64,000 nt of DNA from an uncultured Microthrixaceae bacterium (lineage in GTDB: Bacteria > Actinomycetota > Acidimicrobiia > Acidimicrobiales > DATDAH01): positions 895,362 through 959,361 of the forward strand of contig CAWBVI010000004.1 in assembly GCA_963792205.1 (NCBI GenBank), in the 5' to 3' direction. Of this stretch, positions 13,488 to 23,895 are shown in pieces. Numbering within the stretch: the stretch's first letter is position 1; the number at the start of each line of letters is the position of its first letter. The position numbers and the translations under genes were made by a program. The notes beneath the pieces are model-generated. The model made no database searches and was not told where the DNA came from. It was given only the letters and a program-made list of their open reading frames with translations.

Positions 13488-14030
13488 GTGAGAGTGCGAC
13501 GGGCCACGGTCGAGGACGCGGAGGCCATCCGGACCATCTACAACGTGGAGGTCACGAGCTCCACGGTCACCTTCGACCTCGTGCCCCGCACGGCCGAAGA
13601 GCAGCAGGCGTGGCTGGTCGAGCGGTCCGGCGCCTACGCCGTGCTCGTCGCCGAGGACGACGACGGGGTGGTGGCGGGCTTCGCCTCGCTCTCCCCGTTC
13701 CGGGAGCGCCCGGCGTACGCCACCACGGTCGAGGACTCGGTCTACGTCGACCGGTCCCGCCGGGGGGAGGGGGTCGGCCGCCTCCTGCTCGAGGAGCTGC
13801 TGGCGACGGCGACGGCCCACGGCTTCCACACGGTCATCGCCCGCGTCGTCGGGGGCCACGACGCCTCCATCGCCCTGCACCGCGGGCTCGGCTTCGACAC
13901 CGTCGGCACCGAGCGCGAGATCGGGCGGAAGATGGGCCGCTGGCTGGACGTCGTGGTCATGCAGCGCCTGCTCGGCGAAGGCACCGGTGTGTCTGAGCCA
14001 CCCCCCGTTCGGGTAAGACCGCCCCGATGA
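13488..14030 (+). CDS. GNAT N-acetyltransferase (phosphinothricin/MSO acetyltransferase-like)
   Basis: 180 aa. [30 protein letters not shown] and [20 protein letters not shown] (acetyl-CoA Q/RxxGxG/A loop) follow the PAT-family layout. Confidence 0.85.
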   Translation: MRVRRATVEDAEAIRTIYNVEVTSSTVTFDLVPRTAEEQQAWLVERSGAYAVLVAEDDDGVVAGFASLSPFRERPAYATTVEDSVYVDRSRRGEGVGRLLLEELLATATAHGFHTVIARVVGGHDASIALHRGLGFDTVGTEREIGRKMGRWLDVVVMQRLLGEGTGVSEPPPVRVRPPR

Positions 14031-14638
14031 CCACCTACGAGCTCCCCGAGCTCCCCTATGACCACGCCGCGCTCGAGCCTCACATCGAGGGCCGGATCAT
14101 GGAGCTCCACCACGGCAAGCACCACGCCTCCTACGTCAAGCAGGCGAACACCGCGCTCGAGAGCCTGGCGGAGGCCCGCAGCAGCGGCGACTTCGCCCTC
14201 ATCACCAAGCTGAGCAAGGACCTGGCGTTCAACCTGTCCGGGCACGTGCTCCACAGCGTCTTCTGGACCTGCCTCTCGCCGGACGGCGGGGGCGAGCCGG
14301 AAGGTGAGCTGGCGGCCGCGATCGACGACTCCTTCGGGACCTTCAAGGACTTCAAGGCGCAGCTGACCGAAGCCACGACGAGCGTGCAGGGCTCGGGCTG
14401 GGGCGCGCTGGCCTGGGAGCCCACGGCCCGGCGCCTGATCGTCGAGCAGGTGTACGACCACCAGAGCAACGTGGGCCAGGGCGCCGACCCGATCCTGGTC
14501 ATCGACGCGTGGGAGCACGCCTTCTACCTCCAGTACCTGAACGACAAGGCCGCGTGGGTCGACGCCTTCTGGGACGTGGCCGACTGGGCCTCTGCGGCCC
14601 AACGCTTCGTCGACCTCCAGGCCGGAGGTGCCCGCTGA
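14027..14638 (+). CDS. sodA: Fe/Mn superoxide dismutase
   Basis: 203 aa. [23 protein letters not shown] and [11 protein letters not shown] metal-ligand motifs. ATGA overlap with the upstream gene. Confidence 0.97.
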   Translation: MTTYELPELPYDHAALEPHIEGRIMELHHGKHHASYVKQANTALESLAEARSSGDFALITKLSKDLAFNLSGHVLHSVFWTCLSPDGGGEPEGELAAAIDDSFGTFKDFKAQLTEATTSVQGSGWGALAWEPTARRLIVEQVYDHQSNVGQGADPILVIDAWEHAFYLQYLNDKAAWVDAFWDVADWASAAQRFVDLQAGGAR

Positions 14639-14685
14639 GCCCGGTTCCCGGCGACCGCGAAGGGGCGCCGGATAGCCTCGCCGCT

Positions 14686-15018
14686 GTGCGCGAGGGTGAC
14701 GACCGGCTCACCGTCGAGGTGACGGCCGGCGACCCTCCGACCGTCGCCCTCACGGGCGAGGTGGACCCCCACACCGCGCCCCTGCTCGAACAAGAGCTCG
14801 GCGCCCTGGTCGAGGGCGGGGCCACCGCCATCCGCATCGACGGCACGGCGCTCACGTTCATCGACTCGTCGGGGCTGCGCGTGCTGGTCGACGCCCACCG
14901 CCGCCTCGGGGCGACCCGCGAGTCGCTCCTGCTCGTCGGGGTGTCGCCGACGCTGCGTCGCCTGCTCGAGGTCACCGGCCTCGACGAGCACTTCAGCGTC
15001 GAACCGGATGGCGCCTGA
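14686..15018 (+). CDS. STAS-domain anti-sigma-factor antagonist (RsbV/SpoIIAA-like)
   Basis: First in-frame start after the sodA stop is GTG 14686 (110 aa). Contains the canonical phosphorylatable-serine segment LTFIDSSGLRVLV. Confidence 0.8.
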   Translation: MREGDDRLTVEVTAGDPPTVALTGEVDPHTAPLLEQELGALVEGGATAIRIDGTALTFIDSSGLRVLVDAHRRLGATRESLLLVGVSPTLRRLLEVTGLDEHFSVEPDGA

Positions 15019-15047
15019 GCCCGTGCCCGGGCCCCACCGACGGCCGC

Positions 15048-15452
15048 TCAGAGACGGCGCAAGGCTCGCACGACGGTCCGACCCTGCGTCGTGCTCATGG
15101 TGACGTCGTCGGAGAGGGCGTGCACGATCGCCAGCCCCCGGCCGCGCTCCTGGAGCGGGTCGTGGGCCAACCCCTGGAACGCCGGGCGATCGTTGGAGCC
15201 GGGTTCGTTGCTGACCTCCAGGCAGACGGTCAGGTCGTCGATGGTCGCCCCGACGGCCACCGGCGCGTCGGTTGCGGCCTCGATGGCGTTGGTGCAGAGC
15301 TCGGTGACCACCAGCGCGAGGTCCTCCTGGATTGGCGGGGGCACGTCGTGGTCGGCGAGCCATTCCCGGAGCGAGTCGCGCACACCCGCCAGCTCCCGCA
15401 CATCGGGCGGGACCTCCAGGGTCAGATGGGGGCGGGGTCTCGTGGTCACCAT
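15048..15452 (-). CDS. Anti-sigma regulatory factor, Ser/Thr kinase (RsbW/SpoIIAB-like HATPase)
   Basis: Last 134 aa of the spurious 606-aa track ORF. N-box ELCTNAIEAA and G-box ERGRGLAIV. ATG at 15450-15452. Confidence 0.85.
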   Translation of the reverse strand: MVTTRPRPHLTLEVPPDVRELAGVRDSLREWLADHDVPPPIQEDLALVVTELCTNAIEAATDAPVAVGATIDDLTVCLEVSNEPGSNDRPAFQGLAHDPLQERGRGLAIVHALSDDVTMSTTQGRTVVRALRRL

Positions 15453-15513
15453 TGGATGCCCGCCCCCTACCCAGCCCCCCGGCGGGGAAGTCCTCGAACG
15501 GAACTGAGGCCTC

Positions 15514-15939
15514 ATGGACAAACTCCAGACGACCGAGCCCGGCGGGGAGATCGTGCTCTCGTTGCCCGCTCGGACCACCAACCTGCGGATCGCCCGCCTC
15601 ACGGCGTCGAGCGTCGCGGCCGACCTCGGTTTCGGCCTCGACGACACCGACGATCTCCGCCTGGCGATCACCGAGCTGTGCGGTGCCCTCCTGGACGACC
15701 ACAGCCACGGCGACGACCGGGTCGAGCTGCGGATCCGGGTCGAAGACGGCACCGTCGTGGTCGAGGGCCGGCGCGAACCCATGGACGGCGAGCCGCCCGA
15801 GCTCGACCCCATCGCCCGCGAGCTCCTGGTGGTGACCACCGATGAGCACCACCTCGGGGGCGGCGGGGGTGGATGGTCCTTCTCGGTCCGCAAGGGGCCG
15901 TCGGACGCGGACGTCGGAGACGCGCCGGACGCCTCGTGA
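15514..15939 (+). CDS. Second RsbW-like anti-sigma protein with degenerate kinase motifs
   Basis: 141 aa. RIARLTASSVAADLGFGLDDTDDLRLAITELCGALLD matches the anti-sigma HATPase fold, but the N-box Asn is Gly. Its stop overlaps the sigma-gene GTG (GTGA). Confidence 0.7.
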   Translation: MDKLQTTEPGGEIVLSLPARTTNLRIARLTASSVAADLGFGLDDTDDLRLAITELCGALLDDHSHGDDRVELRIRVEDGTVVVEGRREPMDGEPPELDPIARELLVVTTDEHHLGGGGGGWSFSVRKGPSDADVGDAPDAS

Positions 15940-16649
15940 CCCCCGACGACGCCGTTCCCTCGAACGACGGGCGGGCCACCCGCAACCGACTCGTCGAGGA
16001 GCACACCGACCTGGCGGAGCACTTCGCCCGCCGCTACGCGGGACGGGGCCTGGCGCGCGAAGACCTCCGCCAGATGGCGCTCCTGGCCATCGTGAAGGCG
16101 GCCGACCGGTTCGAGCCTGAGCGAGGGGTCAGCTTCGCCACGTTCGCGGGCCGGACCATCGACGGTGAGCTCAAGCGGCAGTTCCGGGACCGCTCCTGGT
16201 CCGTCCGACCGCCGCGGGCGCTGCAGGAGCTCCACCTCGCCCTGCGCCGGGCCGACGAGGAGCTGACCCAGGAGCTCGGTCGCCGGCCGCGAGTGGCCGA
16301 GCTGGCGGAGCGCCTCGAGGTCGACGAGGAGAACGTGCTGGAGGCGCTGGAGGCCGGGGTCGCCCACCGGGCCGACAGCCTCGACGCGCCCGTCGGCGAG
16401 GACGAGCGCACGACCTCGGACCGCCTCGGGACGACCGACGTCGGCTTCGGGCGGGCCGAGGGTCGGATCATCGTCGAGGACCTGCTCGAGGGCCTGCCCG
16501 AACGGGAGCGCAACATCCTCGAGCTCCGCTTCTTCGAGAACCTCAGCCAGGAGGAGATCGCCGACCAGATCGGGGTGAGCCAGTCCTACCTGTCGCGCCT
16601 GCTCCGGCGGACGCTGCTCGACCTGCGGGACCGCGCCGAGGGCCGATGA
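15936..16649 (+). CDS. SigB/SigF-family (group 3) RNA polymerase sigma factor
   Basis: In-frame GTG at 15936 (237 aa). Region 2 LAIVKAADRFEPERGVSFATFAGRTIDGELKRQFRD, region 3, and region 4 ILELRFFENLSQEEIADQIGVSQSYLSRLLRR. Confidence 0.9.
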   Translation: MTPDDAVPSNDGRATRNRLVEEHTDLAEHFARRYAGRGLAREDLRQMALLAIVKAADRFEPERGVSFATFAGRTIDGELKRQFRDRSWSVRPPRALQELHLALRRADEELTQELGRRPRVAELAERLEVDEENVLEALEAGVAHRADSLDAPVGEDERTTSDRLGTTDVGFGRAEGRIIVEDLLEGLPERERNILELRFFENLSQEEIADQIGVSQSYLSRLLRRTLLDLRDRAEGR

Positions 16650-17443
16650 CCCGGGCTGGGCTGGTCGGGACCGCCAAGGCGGTGTTCGCCCGGATGAAGC
16701 AGGACAACGTGACCCTCCTGGCCTCGGCGACGGCGTTCTGGGGGATGCTCGCGTTCGTCCCGGGCCTGGTCGCCTTGGTCTCGGTCTACGGCCTGGTCGC
16801 CGACCCGGCCGACGTCGAGCGCCAGGTCCGCGAGAGCACCGAGGCCCTCCCCGAGGAGGCCCGGGCACTGGTCGTGTCCCAGCTCCGGGCCGTCGTCGAC
16901 GCGCCCCGGGCGGGGCTCGGGACGGGGCTGGTCGTCGCCTTGGCCCTCGCGCTGTTCTCGGCGTCAGCCGGCATCGGCACGCTGACCGCGGCGGTCGGGG
17001 TGATCTACGGCGACCAGGCCGACGACCGGAAGGCCGTCAAGGAACGGGGCAAGGCCCTCGCGCTGACGCTCGGGGCCGTCGTCCTCGTGGGCCTCGCCGT
17101 CTACCTCGTCGCCGTCGCCCCTTCCGGTGACTGGCTCGCGTTCGCACGCTGGCCCGTCCTGGGTGTCCTCCTCGTGTTCGGGATCGGGACCCTCTACCGG
17201 CTCGGGCCCGCCCGCCGGCCGGAGCGCCGGCTGCTCAGCCCAGGCGCGCTGGCGGCCACGGGGCTCTGCATCGTGGTCACCCTCCTCTTCTCGCTCTACA
17301 CCAGCACGCTCGGCAACTACAACGAGACCTACGGCTCCCTCGGAGCCGTCATCGTCCTGCTGGTCTGGCTCCAGCTCACGGGCATCGCGGTGCTGGTCGG
17401 CGCCGAGCTCAACCAGGTGCTCGCCGGACGGACGGGCCGGTAG
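16646..17443 (+). CDS. YihY/BrkB-family inner-membrane protein
   Basis: 265 aa. Begins KQDNVTLLASATAFWGMLAFVPGLVAL, followed by 5-6 hydrophobic helices and the LVWLQLTGIAVLVGAELN tail typical of YihY. ATGA overlap with the sigma gene. Confidence 0.85.
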   Translation: MTRAGLVGTAKAVFARMKQDNVTLLASATAFWGMLAFVPGLVALVSVYGLVADPADVERQVRESTEALPEEARALVVSQLRAVVDAPRAGLGTGLVVALALALFSASAGIGTLTAAVGVIYGDQADDRKAVKERGKALALTLGAVVLVGLAVYLVAVAPSGDWLAFARWPVLGVLLVFGIGTLYRLGPARRPERRLLSPGALAATGLCIVVTLLFSLYTSTLGNYNETYGSLGAVIVLLVWLQLTGIAVLVGAELNQVLAGRTGR

Positions 17444-17457
17444 CCTCCACCCTCCCT

Positions 17458-17542
17458 GGGTCGGTGCCCGAGTGGCCAAAGGGAACGGGCTGTAAACCCG
17501 TCGGCATTGCCTACGGAGGTTCGAATCCTCCCCGGCCCACCA
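17458..17542 (+). tRNA. tRNA-Tyr (anticodon GTA, long variable arm, CCA encoded)
   Basis: GGGTCGG-TG-CCCG-AGTGGCCAAA-GGGA-A-CGGGC-TGTAAA-CCCGT-CGGCATTGCCTAC-GGAGG-TTCGAAT-CCTCC-CCGGCCC-A-CCA. Near-identical layout to E. coli tRNA-Tyr. Confidence 0.93.
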
Positions 17543-18030
17543 TGCCTACCTTCGATGTCGTCTCCGAAGTGGACCTGCAGGAGGTCCGCAACGCGGTCGA
17601 CCAGGCCGCCCGCGAGGTGGCCACCCGGTTCGACTTCAAGGAGACCAACAGCCGGGTCGAGCTGGGTGAGGGGACCATCACGATGGCCTCGATCACCGCA
17701 GACCGCCTGACCGCGCTCCGCCAGGTCCTCGAGGAGAAGCTGGTCAAGCGCAAGGTCTCGCTCAAGGCCGTCGAGTTCGGCCGGGTCGAGGACGCCGCCG
17801 GGAGCACGGTCCGCCAGGTGGCGACCCTCACCGCGGGCATCAACTCGGACAAGTCCCGCGAGATCAACAAGTTCCTGAAGGGCCTCGGCATCAAGGGGCT
17901 GCAGAGCCAGACCCAGGGCGAGCAGGTCCGGGTGTCCCACAAGAAGCGCGACGCCCTCCAGGAGGCCATCGAGGCCCTCAAGGGCGAGGACTTCGGGATC
18001 CCCCTCCAGTTCCAGAACTTCCGGGACTAG
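17542..18030 (+). CDS. yajQ: YajQ-family (UPF0234) nucleotide/c-di-GMP-binding protein
   Basis: MPTFDVVSEVDLQEVRNAVDQAAREVATRFDFK...QGEQVRVSHKKRDALQEAIEALKGEDFGIPLQFQNFRD is colinear with E. coli YajQ (MPSFDIVSE...FQFNNFRD). The track ORF's extra 26 N-terminal residues are translated tRNA-Tyr. Confidence 0.93.
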   Translation: MPTFDVVSEVDLQEVRNAVDQAAREVATRFDFKETNSRVELGEGTITMASITADRLTALRQVLEEKLVKRKVSLKAVEFGRVEDAAGSTVRQVATLTAGINSDKSREINKFLKGLGIKGLQSQTQGEQVRVSHKKRDALQEAIEALKGEDFGIPLQFQNFRD

Positions 18031-18041
18031 GAGCCTCGGCC

Positions 18042-18884
18042 CTACCGGATGTAGGCACCCTCCCGCAGGCGGGCGATGCGCTTCTCCATCGGGGGATGGC
18101 TGGCGAAGGCGTTGGCGAACGACACCCGCTGACCCTTCAGCGGGTTGGCGATGTAGGCCGCGGCCTGCTCCGGGCGCACGTGCGAGGGGATCCGGCTGGT
18201 GTAGACGTCCAGCTTCTGGAGAGCTGAGGCCAGCGGTTCACCGGTGCCGATGAGCTGGGCGCCGCTGCGGTCGGCCTCGTACTCCCGGTTGCGGGACAGC
18301 GCCATCTGCAGCAGCCCGGCGGCCAGGGGGGCGAGGAGGATCAGGGCCAGCTCACCGAAGACGTTGCGGTCACGGTCGCCCCCTCCGAAGATCGAGGCCC
18401 ACATGGCCATGCGGGCGACGAAGGTGATGGCCAGCGCGACGGCAGCCGCCACCGAGCCGATGAGGATGTCCCGGTTCTTGATGTGGCTGATCTCGTGCGC
18501 CAGCACGCCCCGCAGCTCGTCCCACGACAGCGCCTCGAGGATCCCCGCGGTCACAGCCACCGCGGCGTGGTCGGGGTTGCGGCCGGTGGCGAACGCGTTG
18601 GGCTGCGGCTCAGGAGTGACGTAGAGCTTGGGCATGGGCATGTCGGCCAGCGTCGTGAGGTCGCGGACGATGCGGTAGTACTCCGGCATCTCGGCCTCGG
18701 TGACGGGCTGGGCCCGGGCCGCCTTGATGGCGATGGTGTCGCTGAACCAGTACGAGCCGCCGACGAACACGAGCCCGAGGACCAGGCCGATGATGAGCCC
18801 GCCCTGGCCCCAGATCGAGCCGATGGCCATGAACAGGCCACCGAGCAGTGCCAACAGGGTGAAGGTCTTGAAGGTGTTCTTCAT
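18042..18884 (-). CDS. htpX: Membrane zinc metalloprotease HtpX
   Basis: 280-aa C-terminal part of the track ORF, starting [21 protein letters not shown] zinc motif ([13 protein letters not shown]) plus the distal EYEADR glutamate. ATG at 18882-18884. Confidence 0.93.
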   Translation of the reverse strand: MKNTFKTFTLLALLGGLFMAIGSIWGQGGLIIGLVLGLVFVGGSYWFSDTIAIKAARAQPVTEAEMPEYYRIVRDLTTLADMPMPKLYVTPEPQPNAFATGRNPDHAAVAVTAGILEALSWDELRGVLAHEISHIKNRDILIGSVAAAVALAITFVARMAMWASIFGGGDRDRNVFGELALILLAPLAAGLLQMALSRNREYEADRSGAQLIGTGEPLASALQKLDVYTSRIPSHVRPEQAAAYIANPLKGQRVSFANAFASHPPMEKRIARLREGAYIR

Positions 18885-18925
18885 GTCTCTTGTCCCAACG
18901 CTTCCGTCGCCCCCGTCGTTCCCCG

Positions 18926-19411
18926 TCAGTCGTAGTACCCGGAGTGGATGTAGATGCAGGGGACGCCCTCGTGGTGGAACATGTCGACGTTGCGGCGGTC
19001 GTCCTCGAAGGCCAGCTGGAGGTCGAAGCCGAAGCCCCGCAGCTCGCCCACGGTGCGCTGTTTGAACACGCGCGAGGCCTGGTAGTCGCCGAACTCGCGC
19101 ATGATCAGGAGGTCCCAGCGCAGCTTGTAGCGGTCGAGCCACCCGAGGGTCTGGCGCTGGACCCGCATCGGGCGGGCGGTGAGCAGGACGATGCGCAGGT
19201 CGGGGTCGAGCACGTCGAGCAGGCGGGCCACCTCGTCGACCAGCGCGTCCTCTCCGCAGGCGGCGAAGAAGGCCTCCCAGTCACGGCGCGGGAACTCGAG
19301 GTAGTGCTGGCGACTCGACGCGTCCGACAGGACCCCGTCCATGTCGAACACGACCGCCGGCCCCGGATCGACCGGTCCGTCGCGCCACCAGTAGTTCTCC
19401 GGGACCTCCAT
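18926..19411 (-). CDS. HAD-superfamily phosphatase-like protein
   Basis: 161 aa. [11 protein letters not shown] (HAD motif I DxDxV), VLLTARP (motif II), FEDDRRN (motif IV-like). Specific substrate unknown. Confidence 0.6.
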   Translation of the reverse strand: MEVPENYWWRDGPVDPGPAVVFDMDGVLSDASSRQHYLEFPRRDWEAFFAACGEDALVDEVARLLDVLDPDLRIVLLTARPMRVQRQTLGWLDRYKLRWDLLIMREFGDYQASRVFKQRTVGELRGFGFDLQLAFEDDRRNVDMFHHEGVPCIYIHSGYYD

Positions 19412-19432
19412 CGGAGGCGAGGGTACGGCTGG

Positions 19433-21391
<1,959 letters not shown>

Positions 21392-21401
21392 GGCGCCGAC
21401 C

Positions 21402-21950
21402 TTACGCGGCGGGCTGCGAGGCGGTCTCGCCGTCGTCGGTGGCGAACGCGAGATGCCCGCCCAGGTAGCCACCCACGGTCGCCAGCGAGGCGCCAAGGGT
21501 GCTGAGGGCGATCCCCCGGGCCCGGCGGCCCCGCAGGCGGGCGATGAGCGAGAGCCCGTAGCAACCGGCCGCCAAGGCGTTGGCCCCGGCGTGGACGACC
21601 CCGATCCGCTTGTGGGGCCGGTCGAGGCCCGTCCAGTCCGCCAACCCCGTCGCCACCGTGGGCCCGGCGGCCACCAGGCCCAGGAAGACGAAGGCGTCCG
21701 AGGCCGCCCGGAGGCGACGCACGGGCACGAAGTCGAGCACGAAGGCGCTGGTCCAGAAGCCGATCACGAGATCGGTCAGGGCGGGGTGGACGGGATGGCC
21801 CAGCCAGGCGCCCTGCAGGGCATCGCGGCGCGGACCCGGGGGGGCCACGACCTCGGCAACCCGGGCGACCTTCTCGACGGCATCGTCGAGCGCGGGTTCG
21901 CCCGCGAGGGACTCGGGAGAGGGAACCAGTGGCGTTGCGGTGGTGGTCAC
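21402..21950 (-). CDS. DUF2231-like integral membrane protein
   Basis: 182 aa. [18 protein letters not shown] followed by three further hydrophobic helices. Stop is 10 nt before the acs start. Confidence 0.65.
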   Translation of the reverse strand: MTTTATPLVPSPESLAGEPALDDAVEKVARVAEVVAPPGPRRDALQGAWLGHPVHPALTDLVIGFWTSAFVLDFVPVRRLRAASDAFVFLGLVAAGPTVATGLADWTGLDRPHKRIGVVHAGANALAAGCYGLSLIARLRGRRARGIALSTLGASLATVGGYLGGHLAFATDDGETASQPAA

Positions 21951-21966
21951 GGCAGGCTCCTACCCC

Positions 21967-22740
21967 GTGAGGTGGACCGTCGTGCTCACCGCCGCCGTGA
22001 TCACGCTGGCGGCCGCGCCGGCGGCGGCCGCGCCGCCCAAGCCCGCACCCGGCGACCGGCTGCAGTGGCAGCTCGGCGACCTACCGGCCGACCTCACGAT
22101 CGACGCCGAGGTCTACGACCTCGACCTCTTCGAGACCACCCGGGCCGAGGTGGCGGCCCTGCACGCTGACGGCCGCTTCGTCGTCTGCTACCTGTCGGCC
22201 GGGTCGTGGGAGCCGTACCGGCCCGACGCCGGGCGGTTCCCGGCGGTGGTCCTCGGTCGGCCGATCGACGGCTTCGAGGACGAGCGGTGGCTCGACATCC
22301 GCCGGCTCGACGTGCTCCTCCCCCTCCTCGAGCGACGCCTCGACCGGTGCGCGGCCAAGGGCTTCGACGGCGTCGAGCTGGACAACGTCGACGGCTGGAC
22401 CAACGCCACCGGCTTCCCGCTCACCCGGCGGGACCAGTTCGTGTTCCTCCGCCGGCTGGCCAACGAGGCCAAGGCCCGCGGCCTGTCACCGGGGCTCAAG
22501 AACGCCCTCGGCCTGATCCCCGACCTCGTGGGTCACTTCGGCTGGGCGCTGAACGAGCAGTGCCTCCAGTACCGGGAGTGCAGGCGCTACCGGCCCTTCG
22601 TCCGAGCGGGCAAGGCCGTGTTCGTCGTCGAGTACCGCGGCCCGGCGGCCGACCTCTGCGGCCGCGAACCGTGGGGGACGACCGTCGACCTCAAGCGCCT
22701 GCGGCTGGACGCGTGGGTCCGGCGTTGCCCCTACCGCTAG
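21967..22740 (+). CDS. Secreted endo-alpha-1,4-polygalactosaminidase-like glycoside hydrolase (GH114)
   Basis: In-frame GTG at 21967 gives a signal-peptide-like [22 protein letters not shown]. The body has YDLDLFE, VVCYLSAGSWEPYRPD, ERWLDIR and GFDGVELDNVDGW, typical of GH114 TIM barrels. Start codon choice is uncertain. Confidence 0.75.
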   Translation: MRWTVVLTAAVITLAAAPAAAAPPKPAPGDRLQWQLGDLPADLTIDAEVYDLDLFETTRAEVAALHADGRFVVCYLSAGSWEPYRPDAGRFPAVVLGRPIDGFEDERWLDIRRLDVLLPLLERRLDRCAAKGFDGVELDNVDGWTNATGFPLTRRDQFVFLRRLANEAKARGLSPGLKNALGLIPDLVGHFGWALNEQCLQYRECRRYRPFVRAGKAVFVVEYRGPAADLCGREPWGTTVDLKRLRLDAWVRRCPYR

Positions 22741-22744
22741 GGCC

Positions 22745-22924
22745 TCAGTAGTCGCGTGCGGCGGCGGCGCCCCCGAGGAGGGCGGACACCAGGATCCCGA
22801 GGGGCAGGGTGCCCCAATACGAGAGCTCCAGGCCGAGGTTGCCGAGGAAGAGCATCAGCAGCCAGGTGGCCGGGAAGGTGGCCACGAGCAGCACGATCAC
22901 GGCGGCCAGCAGTGCACGGATCAT
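22745..22924 (-). CDS. 59-aa two-helix membrane peptide (below the ORF-track size cut-off)
   Basis: Manual translation: MIRALLAAVIVLLVATFPATWLLMLFLGNLGLELSYWGTLPLGILVSALLGGAAAARDY*. AAGGGGG Shine-Dalgarno 7 nt upstream. Lies 45 nt downstream of the MidA-like gene on the same strand. Confidence 0.55.
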   Translation of the reverse strand: MIRALLAAVIVLLVATFPATWLLMLFLGNLGLELSYWGTLPLGILVSALLGGAAAARDY

Positions 22925-22969
22925 CGAGGTACCCCCTTGTCCTCGGCGAGCATGGCACGCCGGCCCACC

Positions 22970-23860
22970 TCAATCGGGGAGGGTGGCCTCCCCCGACCAC
23001 TCGAGGACGCGGAACGAGCCCATGCCCGCGGGATCGGTGAGGGCCTCGGCCTCGGTGACGCGGCTGCGGGCGCGAATGGCCTCGAGGTCGCCGAGGTGGG
23101 CCCGCTCCTGCCACGTGCGGCGGCCCTCCTCGACCAGTTCGGCGATGCCCCACCGCTGGAGCCAGTCGGCCTGGCTCGTGTCCTCGTCCGGAGGCGGGAA
23201 TTGGTCGACGGCGACCTCGGCGGTGACGTCCTGCTCGCCCCGGTCCTCCATCGGGTGACCGCCGCGACCGTGGGCCCGGTAGGTGCGGAGCCACTCGGTC
23301 CAGGGACGGGCCGCCATCGCCGCGGTCGTCGAGCAGTAGTCGAGGACGACGAGCCGGCCGTGGAGTCGGGAACGCACCTGGTCGACCCATGCCCTCGCCT
23401 GCTCCTGCTTCGGGGCCAAACCGGTCTCCGGCCACTCCTGTCCGGGGTCGAACGGCGCACCATCGAGGGTCAGGTCGAAGGGGAGGTTGTCGAGCAGCTC
23501 GTTGGCGATGACCACGCCCGTGAGCTCGCCCGCGGGGAGGTCGGGCATCGACGTGAGCCCGTCGTGCCGGGCCCGCTGGGCGGCCGACCGATCCACCGCC
23601 ACGTACCGGTGCCGGCTGCCGGCCAGGGCGAGGCTGCGGCCGAGCGTCCCGGCCCCGGCTCCGACGTCGTAGACGGCGCCGCCCTCAGGGCACCACTCGT
23701 CCAGCGCCCGCGCCACCACCGCACCGAACAGGGGACCCACCTCCGGGGCCGTGAGGAAGTCACCCCTGCGACCCGCGCCCCCACCCTCCCGCTCGTAGAA
23801 CCCGTCGGGCCCGTAGAGCGCGTCCTCCATGACCTCGCTGAAATTGCGCTGATTCGTCAC
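22970..23860 (-). CDS. Class I SAM-dependent methyltransferase, MidA/NDUFAF7 (COG1565) family
   Basis: 296 aa, GTG start. FSEVMEDALYGPDGFYE N-terminal signature, FLTAPEVGPLFG, SAM motif I VYDVGAGAGTLGRSL and ANELLDNLPF all match the MidA layout. Confidence 0.8.
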   Translation of the reverse strand: MTNQRNFSEVMEDALYGPDGFYEREGGGAGRRGDFLTAPEVGPLFGAVVARALDEWCPEGGAVYDVGAGAGTLGRSLALAGSRHRYVAVDRSAAQRARHDGLTSMPDLPAGELTGVVIANELLDNLPFDLTLDGAPFDPGQEWPETGLAPKQEQARAWVDQVRSRLHGRLVVLDYCSTTAAMAARPWTEWLRTYRAHGRGGHPMEDRGEQDVTAEVAVDQFPPPDEDTSQADWLQRWGIAELVEEGRRTWQERAHLGDLEAIRARSRVTEAEALTDPAGMGSFRVLEWSGEATLPD

Positions 23861-23888
23861 GCTGGGCGTGACATTTCAGCGCAATTTC
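23840..23888 (-). promoter_or_regulatory. 20-bp interrupted perfect hairpin/palindrome spanning the nuoN1-methyltransferase junction
   Basis: GAAATTGCGCTGA (23840-23852) pairs perfectly with TCAGCGCAATTTC (23876-23888). Inner GTCACGC (23856-62) pairs with GCGTGAC (23866-72) around a 3-nt loop. It is AT-rich relative to its surroundings, and the methyltransferase GTG start lies inside the inner stem. Confidence 0.6.
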
Positions 23889-23895
23889 GGAGGGG

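Noticed and set aside
12065..13537. 490-aa minus-strand ORF opposite the 443-aa plus-strand gene
   Set aside because: Its translation is Gly/Asp/Glu/Arg-rich with no hydrophobic core or motifs. The plus-strand product has TM helices and ATPase-head-like ends, so the plus strand was chosen.
15453..16868. Upstream 470 aa of the 606-aa minus-strand ORF ending as the RsbW-like kinase
   Set aside because: It is antisense to the well-supported anti-sigma and SigB-family genes and is Pro/Arg-rich. Only the last 134 aa carry kinase motifs.
17464..17541. 26-aa N-terminal extension of the yajQ ORF (MPEWPKGTGCKPVGIAYGGSNPPRPT)
   Set aside because: This stretch is the tRNA-Tyr gene translated. YajQ homologues start at MP(S/T)FD(I/V)VSE, which matches ATG 17542.
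11893..17542. tRNA-bounded segment (tRNA-Met/Thr to tRNA-Tyr) as a genomic island or integrated element
   Set aside because: There is no integrase, recombinase or phage/plasmid gene. I could see no direct repeat of a tRNA 3' end, and base composition looks the same as the flanks by eye.
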